Source: Archangiaceae bacterium (GTDB lineage: Bacteria > Myxococcota > Myxococcia > Myxococcales > Myxococcaceae). Taken from it: a DNA stretch of 22,688 nt. The notes below the pieces were generated by a model. It did no database searches and was not told where the DNA came from. It saw only the letters and a list, made by a program, of their open reading frames with translations. Numbering within the stretch: position 1 is the stretch's first letter; every line of letters starts with the position of its first letter. Below, piece after piece: positions 1 to 7,852 of this stretch. A program made the translations under genes and the position numbers. The stretch lies in contig JAYVCD010000338.1 of the NCBI GenBank assembly GCA_043750125.1, positions 1-22,688 on the forward strand. The letters are read 5' to 3'.

Positions 1-1049
1 TGCAACGTCACCTCGGGCAGGCGGGCGTACGCTGCCTTCCTCTTCTTTTTCTCGACGTAGGCCCGCCGAACCGCCGCCCAGGTCTTCGTCCCCTCGAAGT
101 CGACGGTCTTTTCGAGCCGCGCGTCTCGTCGGACCTGCGCCGAGCTCAGCGTCGGTGCGAACTCTTCGCGAAACGCATCCAGCGCAGCCATCGACTGGGT
201 CGCATCGCTCTTCACCGCGCCCAGTGCGTCGTACGACACCAGGTCTCCATCGAGCGCGAGCTTCATTCCGGTCAACGCAGACAGCTGTTCTTGAAACGCC
301 GCGTTGCGGCTCGAATAGAAGCCGGAATTGAAATCCGCAAAACGGTACAGCGGCGTGTCGTAGTCGGCCTCGAACAGCAGCAGCCGGGCGCTGCCATAGA
401 GCAGCCCCCCACTGCGGGTGTACAGCTCATCGCGCACCCGCTCGGGATCCCGGTTCAGCTTTCGCGCGTGCTCCTCGGAAAACCGCACGCTCACCTGCAT
501 CGACCCGGCGGTGGTAATCGGATTTCGTTCCTCGAAGTCTCGGGTATCAAACAGCGACGCGCCGAGGTCTGCGCTCGCGTAAAGAAACGGGTGCCGCCGC
601 TTGTGCTCGGCCAGCAGGTCCCGGTACAGCCGATCGAGATCTGCTTCGGTGCGCAGCGTGTCGATTCGCTGCTCGAAGGTCTTTTGGGTGCCCGGCGACT
701 GAACCTCGAGCAGCTCTTTCAAGATTCGCGGCCCCAACGGCCCCAGCGCCCGGGCTTTTTCTTCCAGCGCCTTCCGCGCAATCGCCGGCAGGTTGGGGAC
801 CACCGGGTTGGCTTGAAAGCCCGATTCCTGCTCGGCGACCGCAATCACCGCGCAGGCATGCTCCACGTCCACCGGCAGCCCATTGGTGTCCAGCGCCATG
901 ACCAGGTCGCGCGCCCACCCCTCTTTGTCCTGCGCCCGAGACGGCAGCAGCGATGCGACCTGGTCGGGTTGCAGATGCGGCTTCTCGAGCGGCGCTGGCG
1001 CATGCACACAGGCTGCGAGCACCAAGACCAGCAGCAGCGCGCGAGTCAA
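1..1049 (-). CDS. DUF1615 (YaiW-like) lipoprotein, runs off the left edge of the window
   Basis: Not in the ORF track because there is no stop in the window; translated by hand. TTG start at 1049, MTRALLLVLVLAAC lipobox, then family-like motifs GWARDL, CAVIAVAEQESGFQANP, NPITTAGSMQVSVRF, RDELYTRSGGLLYG, YRFADFNSGFYSSRNAAFQ, LALDGDL, ARLPEVTL. Confidence 0.85.
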   Translation of the reverse strand, partial: MTRALLLVLVLAACVHAPAPLEKPHLQPDQVASLLPSRAQDKEGWARDLVMALDTNGLPVDVEHACAVIAVAEQESGFQANPVVPNLPAIARKALEEKARALGPLGPRILKELLEVQSPGTQKTFEQRIDTLRTEADLDRLYRDLLAEHKRRHPFLYASADLGASLFDTRDFEERNPITTAGSMQVSVRFSEEHARKLNRDPERVRDELYTRSGGLLYGSARLLLFEADYDTPLYRFADFNSGFYSSRNAAFQEQLSALTGMKLALDGDLVSYDALGAVKSDATQSMAALDAFREEFAPTLSSAQVRRDARLEKTVDFEGTKTWAAVRRAYVEKKKRKAAYARLPEVTL

Positions 1050-1063
1050 AACAGGGCCCCGTT

Positions 1064-1573
1064 TCAATCGGGCAGGGGCGCTTCGCGTCGCTTGCGCATT
1101 TCGGACAAGACCTCGGCCTGGGCTCCGGGGTCCAGCGCGCCGACCGCGGGGAACACCAGCCGCTCTTCAATGCTCAAGTGACTGGCCAGCAGCTCTTTGA
1201 GCAGCTTGACGTGCTCCCGCAACGACACGGCCAGCGGCGGCAACGTCTGGGGAGCTCGGGCGACGTAGCGGCAGACATCGACGATTCCCCGGCGGGGCAC
1301 TTCTGCGAGGCCGTGGTCTTTCTCGAGCTGGGCAATCACCGCATCCAGCCTCGGTTCGCGGCCTAGAAGCCGGGGCCACAACGACAGGGCCTCGTCGGTC
1401 TCGTGCAGCGGCAGGGCGTGTTGAAAGTAGTCGCGCAGGCTGTTCGCCATGACGGCGAGATCGGACGGCGACATCTCGGGCAGGTCGGCCAACCTCGAGG
1501 CGAGCTCGAGGAAGCGGTTGATTCGCTTGTGTGAGGCCAGCAGCAGCTCGACGACGTCTTCCTTCACGGCCAT
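1064..1573 (-). CDS. Hemerythrin/HHE cation-binding domain protein
   Basis: 169 aa, helical. Ligand pattern SHKRI ... LHETDE ... EKDH ... HLSIEERLVFP is typical of the HHE domain. Confidence 0.85.
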   Translation of the reverse strand: MAVKEDVVELLLASHKRINRFLELASRLADLPEMSPSDLAVMANSLRDYFQHALPLHETDEALSLWPRLLGREPRLDAVIAQLEKDHGLAEVPRRGIVDVCRYVARAPQTLPPLAVSLREHVKLLKELLASHLSIEERLVFPAVGALDPGAQAEVLSEMRKRREAPLPD

Positions 1574-1602
1574 CGCATTGGAGTATCAAGCCCAGCGACT
1601 GC

Positions 1603-2007
1603 ATGGGTGAGAAGAAACACGAACGCGTTCGCTGGGAATTCCTGGCCGTCCTCCTCATTCCCCTGGGGATTGGGGCGAGGCTCTGGGCGGTGTCCCAGGC
1701 CCCGCGGGTGCCCGAGGCTCCTTTGCCGCCGCTGAGCAACGCGCTGCTGTTGACGATGGGCAACGATCCGCTCGCGGTCGCCGAGGGGAACAAGCTCTTC
1801 CTCGTCAGCTGCGTGGCCTGTCACGGGGCCCAGGGGCAGGGGGTCGTCGGGCCGAACCTCACCGATTCCGCCTGGCTGCACGGAAGCAGCGCGCTGCAAA
1901 TCCACACCTCGATTTCCAAAGGTTTTCCGGACAAGGGAATGGTGCCGTTCGAGAGACCCGTCAGTGTTTCTTCAGCGCATCTTCCAGGGGGAGCTGCTCA
2001 GTCGTAG
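1603..2007 (+). CDS. Membrane-anchored c-type cytochrome resembling the cbb3 oxidase subunit III (CcoP) heme domain; apparently C-terminally truncated
   Basis: ATG at 1603, one N-terminal TM helix, CVACH heme motif, GPNLTDSAWLHG, KGM distal Met. Family resemblance ends at about 1955 and the frame then runs 47 bp into the convergent gene. Confidence 0.75.
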   Translation: MGEKKHERVRWEFLAVLLIPLGIGARLWAVSQAPRVPEAPLPPLSNALLLTMGNDPLAVAEGNKLFLVSCVACHGAQGQGVVGPNLTDSAWLHGSSALQIHTSISKGFPDKGMVPFERPVSVSSAHLPGGAAQS

Positions 2008-3466
2008 CAAGCTTCTTCGTCCAATCGATCACCGTCGTCTGCCAACCCATTCCGGTGAACCTCGGGCCGAGGTCCTTGCTTTCGATCTGAAACCCATCGC
2101 CTCCGAAGTAGAGGTAGTCGAGCGTCGCCATCTTGTACTTCTGCATCGCCTCGAGCTTCAGGCCATTGGCGTCCACCCAGACTCCTGCCTTCTTCGAAGC
2201 CCCGGAAACCCTCGCCTCGGGGTTGTCGAACGACTGAATCACGTCAGCGCCGTTGAGCGTGGCGATCACCACCGAGTTCTCGAACGGAATCACGTCGTAG
2301 ACGCTCGACTTGGTGAGCTTCCCCGCCGCCAGGCCCTGGCGCATTCCTTTGCGGTTGATGAGCCCGAACTGGGAACCGGTCTGTTCCCTGATTGCCGTTG
2401 CGAGCCAGACGCTCATCGCCGGGTCGGTCTGCTCGAGCTTGGCTTTCAAAAAGCCGATTTCTTCGCCCAGGGCCTCGTCGCGACGGGCCTTCCACCCCGC
2501 GATGAGCTTCGTCAGTTGCGCATCGGCCGCAGGCGCCGTGGCGTCATTGATGACCTCGAACGCCTCGCCTGAAACGCCCGACAGCTTCTTGTCGCCCGAG
2601 AACGACAGCTTCACCGCGACGTAGTCATTGAAGTGCCGCCCCGGGTACGCCAGCAACGCGGTGCCCGCCCGCTCGGGAAAAGTCCGGTCGCAGGCGCGTC
2701 CCGCGACGACCGCCAGATTCCATTCCGGGTGCTTCTCAATCGTCGGCGCCAACGTGGCCAGGCAGTTGTCGGTGATGATCACGGTCGCGTCTGCGCCCGC
2801 GGTTCGTGCCAGGGGCACCGCCTGGCCGAGCGCCGCTTCGTCGGTCAGCACCTCGAACCCCGCGGTGCGACCGGCCATCAGAGTGGTGATCGACTTCTTG
2901 CTGGTGAGCCCGATCACCGCCACCTTCATTCCGTTGCGAACGAACACCTTCATCGGCAGCAACCCCATCGCCCTGGCGCCGTCGTCTTGCGCCCGCAGGT
3001 CCGCGGCGAGGTAGGGGTAGGCTCCCTTCTTCGCGTTCGAGACGAACTGGTCCCGACCGAAGTCGAGCTCGCGATTTCCGAACGCCGACGCCGCGTAGCC
3101 CATGTAGGCCATCGCCTCTGCCGCGGGCACCGAACGGAAATACGACGAGATCGACGCCCCGTTTCCGTTGTCCCCGGTCGAGAGCACCAGCGTCGTCGAC
3201 GCCTCGCATGGAGCCTCGCCGTTCTTCAAAGCTCCGGGGCAGTGCCCATGCATCTTTACCCATCGCCCCAGCAGCTCGGCGGCTCCCCCCCGACTGACTC
3301 CCAGATCGTCGGGGTTGGGCAGCAGGTACCCGTTTTCAGATCCGGTGATCAGCAGGGTGAGCGCGACTTCCTTCGCCGACACTGCGGCGTCAGGCGCCGA
3401 GGCGGTTGGGCGGGGGCACGCGGACAGCGCAAGCAGGGCAGTGAAGAACAGGACGCGCGTGTTCAT
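1961..3466 (-). CDS. 5'-nucleotidase/UshA-family lipoprotein (metallophosphoesterase + 5'-NT C-terminal domain) with degenerate metal site
   Basis: Likely start ATG 3466 (MNTRVLFFTALLALSAC lipobox). N-domain STGDNGNG, FGNRELDFG, KVAVIGLT; C-domain INRKGMR, VIPFENSV, DYLYFGGDGF. Confidence 0.85.
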   Translation of the reverse strand: MNTRVLFFTALLALSACPRPTASAPDAAVSAKEVALTLLITGSENGYLLPNPDDLGVSRGGAAELLGRWVKMHGHCPGALKNGEAPCEASTTLVLSTGDNGNGASISSYFRSVPAAEAMAYMGYAASAFGNRELDFGRDQFVSNAKKGAYPYLAADLRAQDDGARAMGLLPMKVFVRNGMKVAVIGLTSKKSITTLMAGRTAGFEVLTDEAALGQAVPLARTAGADATVIITDNCLATLAPTIEKHPEWNLAVVAGRACDRTFPERAGTALLAYPGRHFNDYVAVKLSFSGDKKLSGVSGEAFEVINDATAPAADAQLTKLIAGWKARRDEALGEEIGFLKAKLEQTDPAMSVWLATAIREQTGSQFGLINRKGMRQGLAAGKLTKSSVYDVIPFENSVVIATLNGADVIQSFDNPEARVSGASKKAGVWVDANGLKLEAMQKYKMATLDYLYFGGDGFQIESKDLGPRFTGMGWQTTVIDWTKKLATTEQLPLEDALKKH

Positions 3467-3515
3467 GTCGCGCGGCTTTACTACGGCCACGGAGCCCTGG
3501 TTAGAGTCCCCGCCT

Positions 3516-4289
3516 ATGAACGACGAAGAGAAGGGAAAGAAGCTGCTCACCGCAGTCGAGCGCATCGTCGCCTCGAGCGACGGCATCCGGGCCGGGGTCG
3601 AAGCCGCGCGGGTGAAAGTGAAGGGTGAGCTGAAGGGTGACGCCCTGCGCGAGGCGACCGGCCGCGAGCTGATTCGCGCCTGCTCCAATCGCGCCGCGAT
3701 CGCCGGTGGCGTCTCAGGGTTGCCCGGGCTGCTTCCCGGGTTCGGCTCAATCGCCCTGGTGATCGGCGGAGGCCTGGCCGAGCTGACCTTCCTGCTGAAG
3801 TGGGAAGTCGAGCTGGCGTTGGGGCTCAGCCACCTCTACGGCTTCGACATCGATGATCCCCGCGAGCGCCAGCTGGGCTTCTTGATGGCCAGCGTCGGCA
3901 CCTACGACGCCTCGGGTAAGAACTTCTTCGTCGACGTGGTGAAAGTGGAAGGCACGGCGATCTGGAATTACGCGCCGCGCGCCGTGAGCCGAATGGTGGT
4001 CAGCGCGATGGCAAGGGTCGCGGCGATGTACCTCTGGCGCGGACTGCTCAAGGCCGTGCCCTTCGTCGGGATGGCGGTCGGCAGCTCGATGAACAAGGTG
4101 CTCACCCAACGGGTCGGTGCACGCTGCATGCGGGACTGCCAGACCCGGCGCGGCTTGATGGCCGAACCGCCGCAACCGAAGCCGAAGCCGAAGTCCGCCG
4201 CGAAGAAATCGAAGCCGAAACCAAAATCAAAGTCCCGAGCGAAAGGGGCGGTTCCGCCCAAGGGTCCTTCGGTGGACGACTTGAACTGA
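3516..4289 (+). CDS. EcsC-family protein with Lys/Pro-rich C-terminal tail
   Basis: Start ATG 3516 (MNDEEKGKK). AAIAGGVSGLPGLLPGFG, LSHLYGFDIDDPRER and LLKAVPFVGMAVG match EcsC-like signatures. Confidence 0.75.
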   Translation: MNDEEKGKKLLTAVERIVASSDGIRAGVEAARVKVKGELKGDALREATGRELIRACSNRAAIAGGVSGLPGLLPGFGSIALVIGGGLAELTFLLKWEVELALGLSHLYGFDIDDPRERQLGFLMASVGTYDASGKNFFVDVVKVEGTAIWNYAPRAVSRMVVSAMARVAAMYLWRGLLKAVPFVGMAVGSSMNKVLTQRVGARCMRDCQTRRGLMAEPPQPKPKPKSAAKKSKPKPKSKSRAKGAVPPKGPSVDDLN

Positions 4290-4297
4290 CCGGGGTT

Positions 4298-4813
4298 TCA
4301 GCCCCCAATCGACGGGCGCGCGCGAAACGGCGCGAGGTCGGGCTCACCGGCCCCTTCCTCTTCGCTCGGCAGTGCCCGTGCGCTCGGCGGCCCGAATTGA
4401 ATCCGCTCGAAGAGGCTCGCCGCGACTTTCCCCGCATCAGCATCGTCGGCGCGGTGGGTGAAGCTGAAGACGTAGCCGGTGCTTTCTCGAACGAGGTGGA
4501 ACTGCAGCTGTCGCAGCTGAAGGTTGCCCTGGCTGAAGATGTGTTCGCGCAGCTGACCGGTCCAGGGGCCGAACGTCGCCTCGTCTTCACTGACCACCGC
4601 GTATCCTTTGAGGATCGCGCGCAGCGTTCCACTCAGGCTCTCGGCGAAGGCCTGCGCATCAATCTCTTCGCTCAGCCCGGGCTGGGTGCTGACCACCAGC
4701 GAGGGTCGATAGCCGCCCCCGTCGGGGCCCAGCGCGATCAGCTGGCTCGCGTCCACCCAGCCGTCCGGCGCCTCGATGCGAACCGCGCCTTGCTCGATCG
4801 TTCTGTGGCCCAT
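4298..4813 (-). CDS. DUF1795/DcrB-related (PsbP/Mog1-like fold) protein
   Basis: IEAPDGWVDASQL ... RPSLVVST ... LRQLQFHLV ... GYVFSFT ... FERIQF resembles the DcrB/EagR-like pattern. No signal peptide. Confidence 0.7.
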   Translation of the reverse strand: MGHRTIEQGAVRIEAPDGWVDASQLIALGPDGGGYRPSLVVSTQPGLSEEIDAQAFAESLSGTLRAILKGYAVVSEDEATFGPWTGQLREHIFSQGNLQLRQLQFHLVRESTGYVFSFTHRADDADAGKVAASLFERIQFGPPSARALPSEEEGAGEPDLAPFRARPSIGG

Positions 4814-4815
4814 GG

Positions 4816-5594
4816 TCAGATGGCTACGTCGTGCAGCTCGTGCTCATTGTCGGCGAAGGCTCCGATGATCGCCTGCGTTCCTACGACGAGCACACCGACG
4901 CCCGTTCCAACCAGCGTCCCCACCAGGGGCGTGACCACGGTGCCGATCGCGGCTCCAGCGGCAATCGCTCCCAGGCCCCCCGCCAGACCCACCACCGCTT
5001 GCGCCTTCTGCCCATCGGTCGACTGACCACTGAAGGCCTTGTAGACCCCGAAGCCTGCGACCGCGACCCCCCAGCACCTGTGCCGGCCCGCCCAGCTTCG
5101 TCAGCACCCGACCCAGCCCGCTGTCGGTGAAGCCGTTCGCAATCGCGGCGAACTTCGAGGCGTTGACGGCCTTGCTCAGGCCCGCCACTTTGTCCGCGCT
5201 TCCAAACTGAAGAATGCGCCGGAAGCTGCACGGTCTGGGTGCTGACCGTCTGAATTTTGCCGTCGCCGAACTTGCCGTCGAACTTGTCGTCGAGGCCACC
5301 GTCCTTGTTGTCCTGTTCGCCGAAGGACTGTGTGGTCTGGGTGATGCCCTGGCTGCTCTGCTCGTACTGTCGGCTATGGAAGTCGCCCTTGGCCTCGCGC
5401 GAAAAGGCCTCTTCGGAAACATTTACCTCCGGGCTGCCGCTGTTCTTCAGTGCATCGATGGACGGAGCCGTTGGCGAAGCGCTGCGTTGTTCTTTCCACG
5501 AAGCGTGCTGAACCGAAGTCTTTGCGGTTGAAGTTTGAACCTGGGTCCGCTGGAACCCGATCTCGTCGCGGCCTTCGGGAAAGACTGAGCCGGG
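4816..5594 (-). pseudogene. Headless, twice-frameshifted gene remnant with a hydrophobic glycine-zipper C-terminus
   Basis: Coding-like segments lie in three successive frames: 5594-~5220 (..DALKNSGSPEV..DDKFDGKFGDGKIQTV..), ~5220-5070 (..FGSADKVAGLSKAV..LTKLGGPAQVLG), and ~5068-4816 (VAVAGFGVYKAF..VVGLAGGLGAIAAGAAIGTVVTPLVGTLVGTGVGVLVVG..HDVAI*). The first segment has no start codon until a GTG at 5231, near its end. Confidence 0.7.
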
Positions 5595-6926
5595 CTACAG
5601 CAGTCCCCGCTGTTTGATCTCGAGGTACGCGTTGACCGTGGCGGCGCCGAAGCTCTGCGCGCTCGAACGGATGACTCGTGCTCCCGCATCGCGCAGCCGG
5701 GCGGCGGTGAGGCGATATTCATCCTCGAGCTTCTGCGCGACCTGCCGCTCGAAGGCCCTCGGCGCATCGGCGGGGATCTCCTGGGCGACCCGCCGAAGAT
5801 CTTCATCGAGCAGGCAGGCGACCACCGGCAGGTGGCGGGGCACCAGCTTCATCGTTCGCTTCACCAACACCGCCGACGTGTCCGCATCGAGCAAGTCGGT
5901 GAACAGCAGCACCAGCGACCGCTTTCGCCCCTTCGAGAACACAAAGTCGATCGCTGCCGCGTAGTCGCTTTCCTCGAGCGTGGCCTCGACCCGGTAGAGC
6001 AGGGCGCAGACCGCCCGCAGTGCGGCCGCCCCTTTGCGCGGAGGCAACCAGGCTTTGACTTCCGAGCCGAACGCCAGCACCCCGACCCAATCTCCTTGAT
6101 CGAGCGAGACCTTCGCCACCCGCAGCGCGGCGTCCACCGCGAAGTCGAGCTTGCGTCGAGCCGCAGCTCCCGGGCCTGCAGCCGTCTGACCCGCCATGTG
6201 CCGGCCACAATCGAGCAACACCAACACCTGCTGGTTTCGCTCGGGCTGGGTCACCCGCACCATCGGCCTGCCGCGCCGAGCCGTGGCCTTCCAATCGAGG
6301 GTTCGGCGGTCATCGCCTGGCTGGTACTCGCGCAGCGACTCGAAGTCTCTTCCCTCGGCGGTCCGACGAATCACCCGCTTCGCCTCATCGTCCCGCGCCC
6401 GCGACAGGCGCAGCGCTTCACCCGACAGCACGCTCAGGTCCGGGTACACCTTGACCGGGCTCAACGCCGACACCTCGATCTGCCGTGCGCACAGCTTCCA
6501 CGGCCCGTAGAGCCTCAGATGCAGTGGACCCAACTGCAGATCGCCCCGCACCTGCGCGGTCAGCTTCCATTCCAGCGTCGTCCCTTCCGCGGCGATCCGA
6601 AATGCGCGGCGGTGACCTTCAGCCCGGGGGCCCGGGGGCACCGTGTCCGCAAGCTCTCCTTCGATTTCCCCCTTCGCTTCCGCGGTCAGCTCGAGCTGCA
6701 GCCGGACCGGGGTCGCGACCCCTGCAGAGATCACCGGCTCGACCGTCCGGGTGACCCGCAGCCCATCGGCTTTGGGCGCCCGAACGATGTCGACCCCCAT
6801 CAGCAACACCACCGCCAGGTCGATCGCCCCGCACACCCACGCGAGGTCCGGCGCGACCACCGCCAACGCTGCAGGAATCAACGCCACCGACGCGAGTGCC
6901 ACCGCGCGCGGAAGGGGAACGATCAC
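5595..6926 (-). CDS. DUF58 (VWA-like) membrane-anchored MoxR partner
   Basis: Two N-terminal TM helices, EGRDFESLREYQPGDDRRTLDWKATAR, LLDCGRHM, LFTDL. Its GTG start overlaps the moxR stop (GTGA). Confidence 0.9.
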   Translation of the reverse strand: MIVPLPRAVALASVALIPAALAVVAPDLAWVCGAIDLAVVLLMGVDIVRAPKADGLRVTRTVEPVISAGVATPVRLQLELTAEAKGEIEGELADTVPPGPRAEGHRRAFRIAAEGTTLEWKLTAQVRGDLQLGPLHLRLYGPWKLCARQIEVSALSPVKVYPDLSVLSGEALRLSRARDDEAKRVIRRTAEGRDFESLREYQPGDDRRTLDWKATARRGRPMVRVTQPERNQQVLVLLDCGRHMAGQTAAGPGAAARRKLDFAVDAALRVAKVSLDQGDWVGVLAFGSEVKAWLPPRKGAAALRAVCALLYRVEATLEESDYAAAIDFVFSKGRKRSLVLLFTDLLDADTSAVLVKRTMKLVPRHLPVVACLLDEDLRRVAQEIPADAPRAFERQVAQKLEDEYRLTAARLRDAGARVIRSSAQSFGAATVNAYLEIKQRGLL

Positions 6927-7852
6927 CTCGGCACTTCGACCCGCTCGAGCGCATGCCGAATCACTTCGTCCGCGGTGAGCCCTTCGACTTCCGCTTCAGA
7001 GGTCAGCATCAGCCGGTGGTTCAGCACGCTGCCCGCGACTTCCTTCACCTCGTCCGGAGTCACGAAGTTTTTTTTCTTCAGCGCTGCCCGAGCCTTCGCC
7101 GCCGCGAGCAGACTCTGGGCGGAACGAGGCGATGCACCGAGCTTTACCCGCGGGTTGCCTCGCGTGCTGCGCACCAGCTTGACCACATAATCGATCACGC
7201 TCGGGTCACACCTCACCGCCGCCGCCTGCTGCTGCATCCCGGTGAGCTCCGCCAGACTGAGCACTCCTTCCACCGAGGGACTCTTTCCCTCTCGCCGATG
7301 AAATTCCGCCAGCATCTGCCGCTCAGAGGCTTCGTCGGGGTAGCCCACCCGCACCCGCATCATGAAGCGATCCAGCTGCGCCTCGGGAAGCGGCCAGGTG
7401 CCTTCGAGCTCCACCGGGTTCTGGGTCGCGACCACGAAGAACTGCGGCGGCAACGCGTGGGTCTGCCCATCGATCGACACCTGCCGCTCTTCCATTGCCT
7501 CGAGCAGCGCGGCCTGCGTCTTGGGCGGAGTGCGGTTGATTTCGTCCGCCACCAACACCTCGGTGAAGATCGGCCCCTTCACCAAAGCAAACAGCCCTTC
7601 ATTCGGCCGAAACACGCTCGTCCCCAGCACGTCACTGGGCATCAAGTCCGGGGTGAACTGCACCCGCGTGAAGCTCAAGCCCAGCGCTCCGGCAATCGAT
7701 CGGGCGGTCAGCGTTTTGGCCACTCCGGGAACTCCCTCGAGCAGCACGTGCCCTCGGGCCAGAAAGCAGGTGAGCAGATCCGCCAGCACTGCCTGCTGTC
7801 CCAACACCACATTCGAAAGAGAGTCTTGAAGCCGTTGCAGCGCCGAAGCCAT
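6923..7852 (-). CDS. moxR: MoxR-family AAA+ ATPase
   Basis: GHVLLEGVPGVAKT (Walker A), RVQFTPDLMPSD, ADEINRTPPKTQAALLEAMEE, ATQNP, LPEAQLDRF, GASPR. Confidence 0.95.
   Translation of the reverse strand: MASALQRLQDSLSNVVLGQQAVLADLLTCFLARGHVLLEGVPGVAKTLTARSIAGALGLSFTRVQFTPDLMPSDVLGTSVFRPNEGLFALVKGPIFTEVLVADEINRTPPKTQAALLEAMEERQVSIDGQTHALPPQFFVVATQNPVELEGTWPLPEAQLDRFMMRVRVGYPDEASERQMLAEFHRREGKSPSVEGVLSLAELTGMQQQAAAVRCDPSVIDYVVKLVRSTRGNPRVKLGASPRSAQSLLAAAKARAALKKKNFVTPDEVKEVAGSVLNHRLMLTSEAEVEGLTADEVIRHALERVEVPR

Noticed and set aside
3467..3688. Long N-terminal extensions given by the ORF track (also 1531, 3168, 8742, 12131, 20221, 20336)
   Set aside because: Most overlap divergent genes or promoter boxes. 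Downstream ATGs give proper signal peptides or domain starts.
5255..5293. Short 12-nt tandem repeat (gacggcaagttc-like) as a CRISPR or VNTR
   Set aside because: Only about three degenerate copies with no spacers; it encodes DDKFDGKFGDGK inside the pseudogene.
4881..5597. Amber read-through of DUF58 into the in-frame open stretch downstream
   Set aside because: DUF58 ends at a family-typical C-terminus (YLEIKQRGLL). In-frame continuation has a one-in-three chance, the frame loses coding character near 5220, and no recoding machinery is visible.
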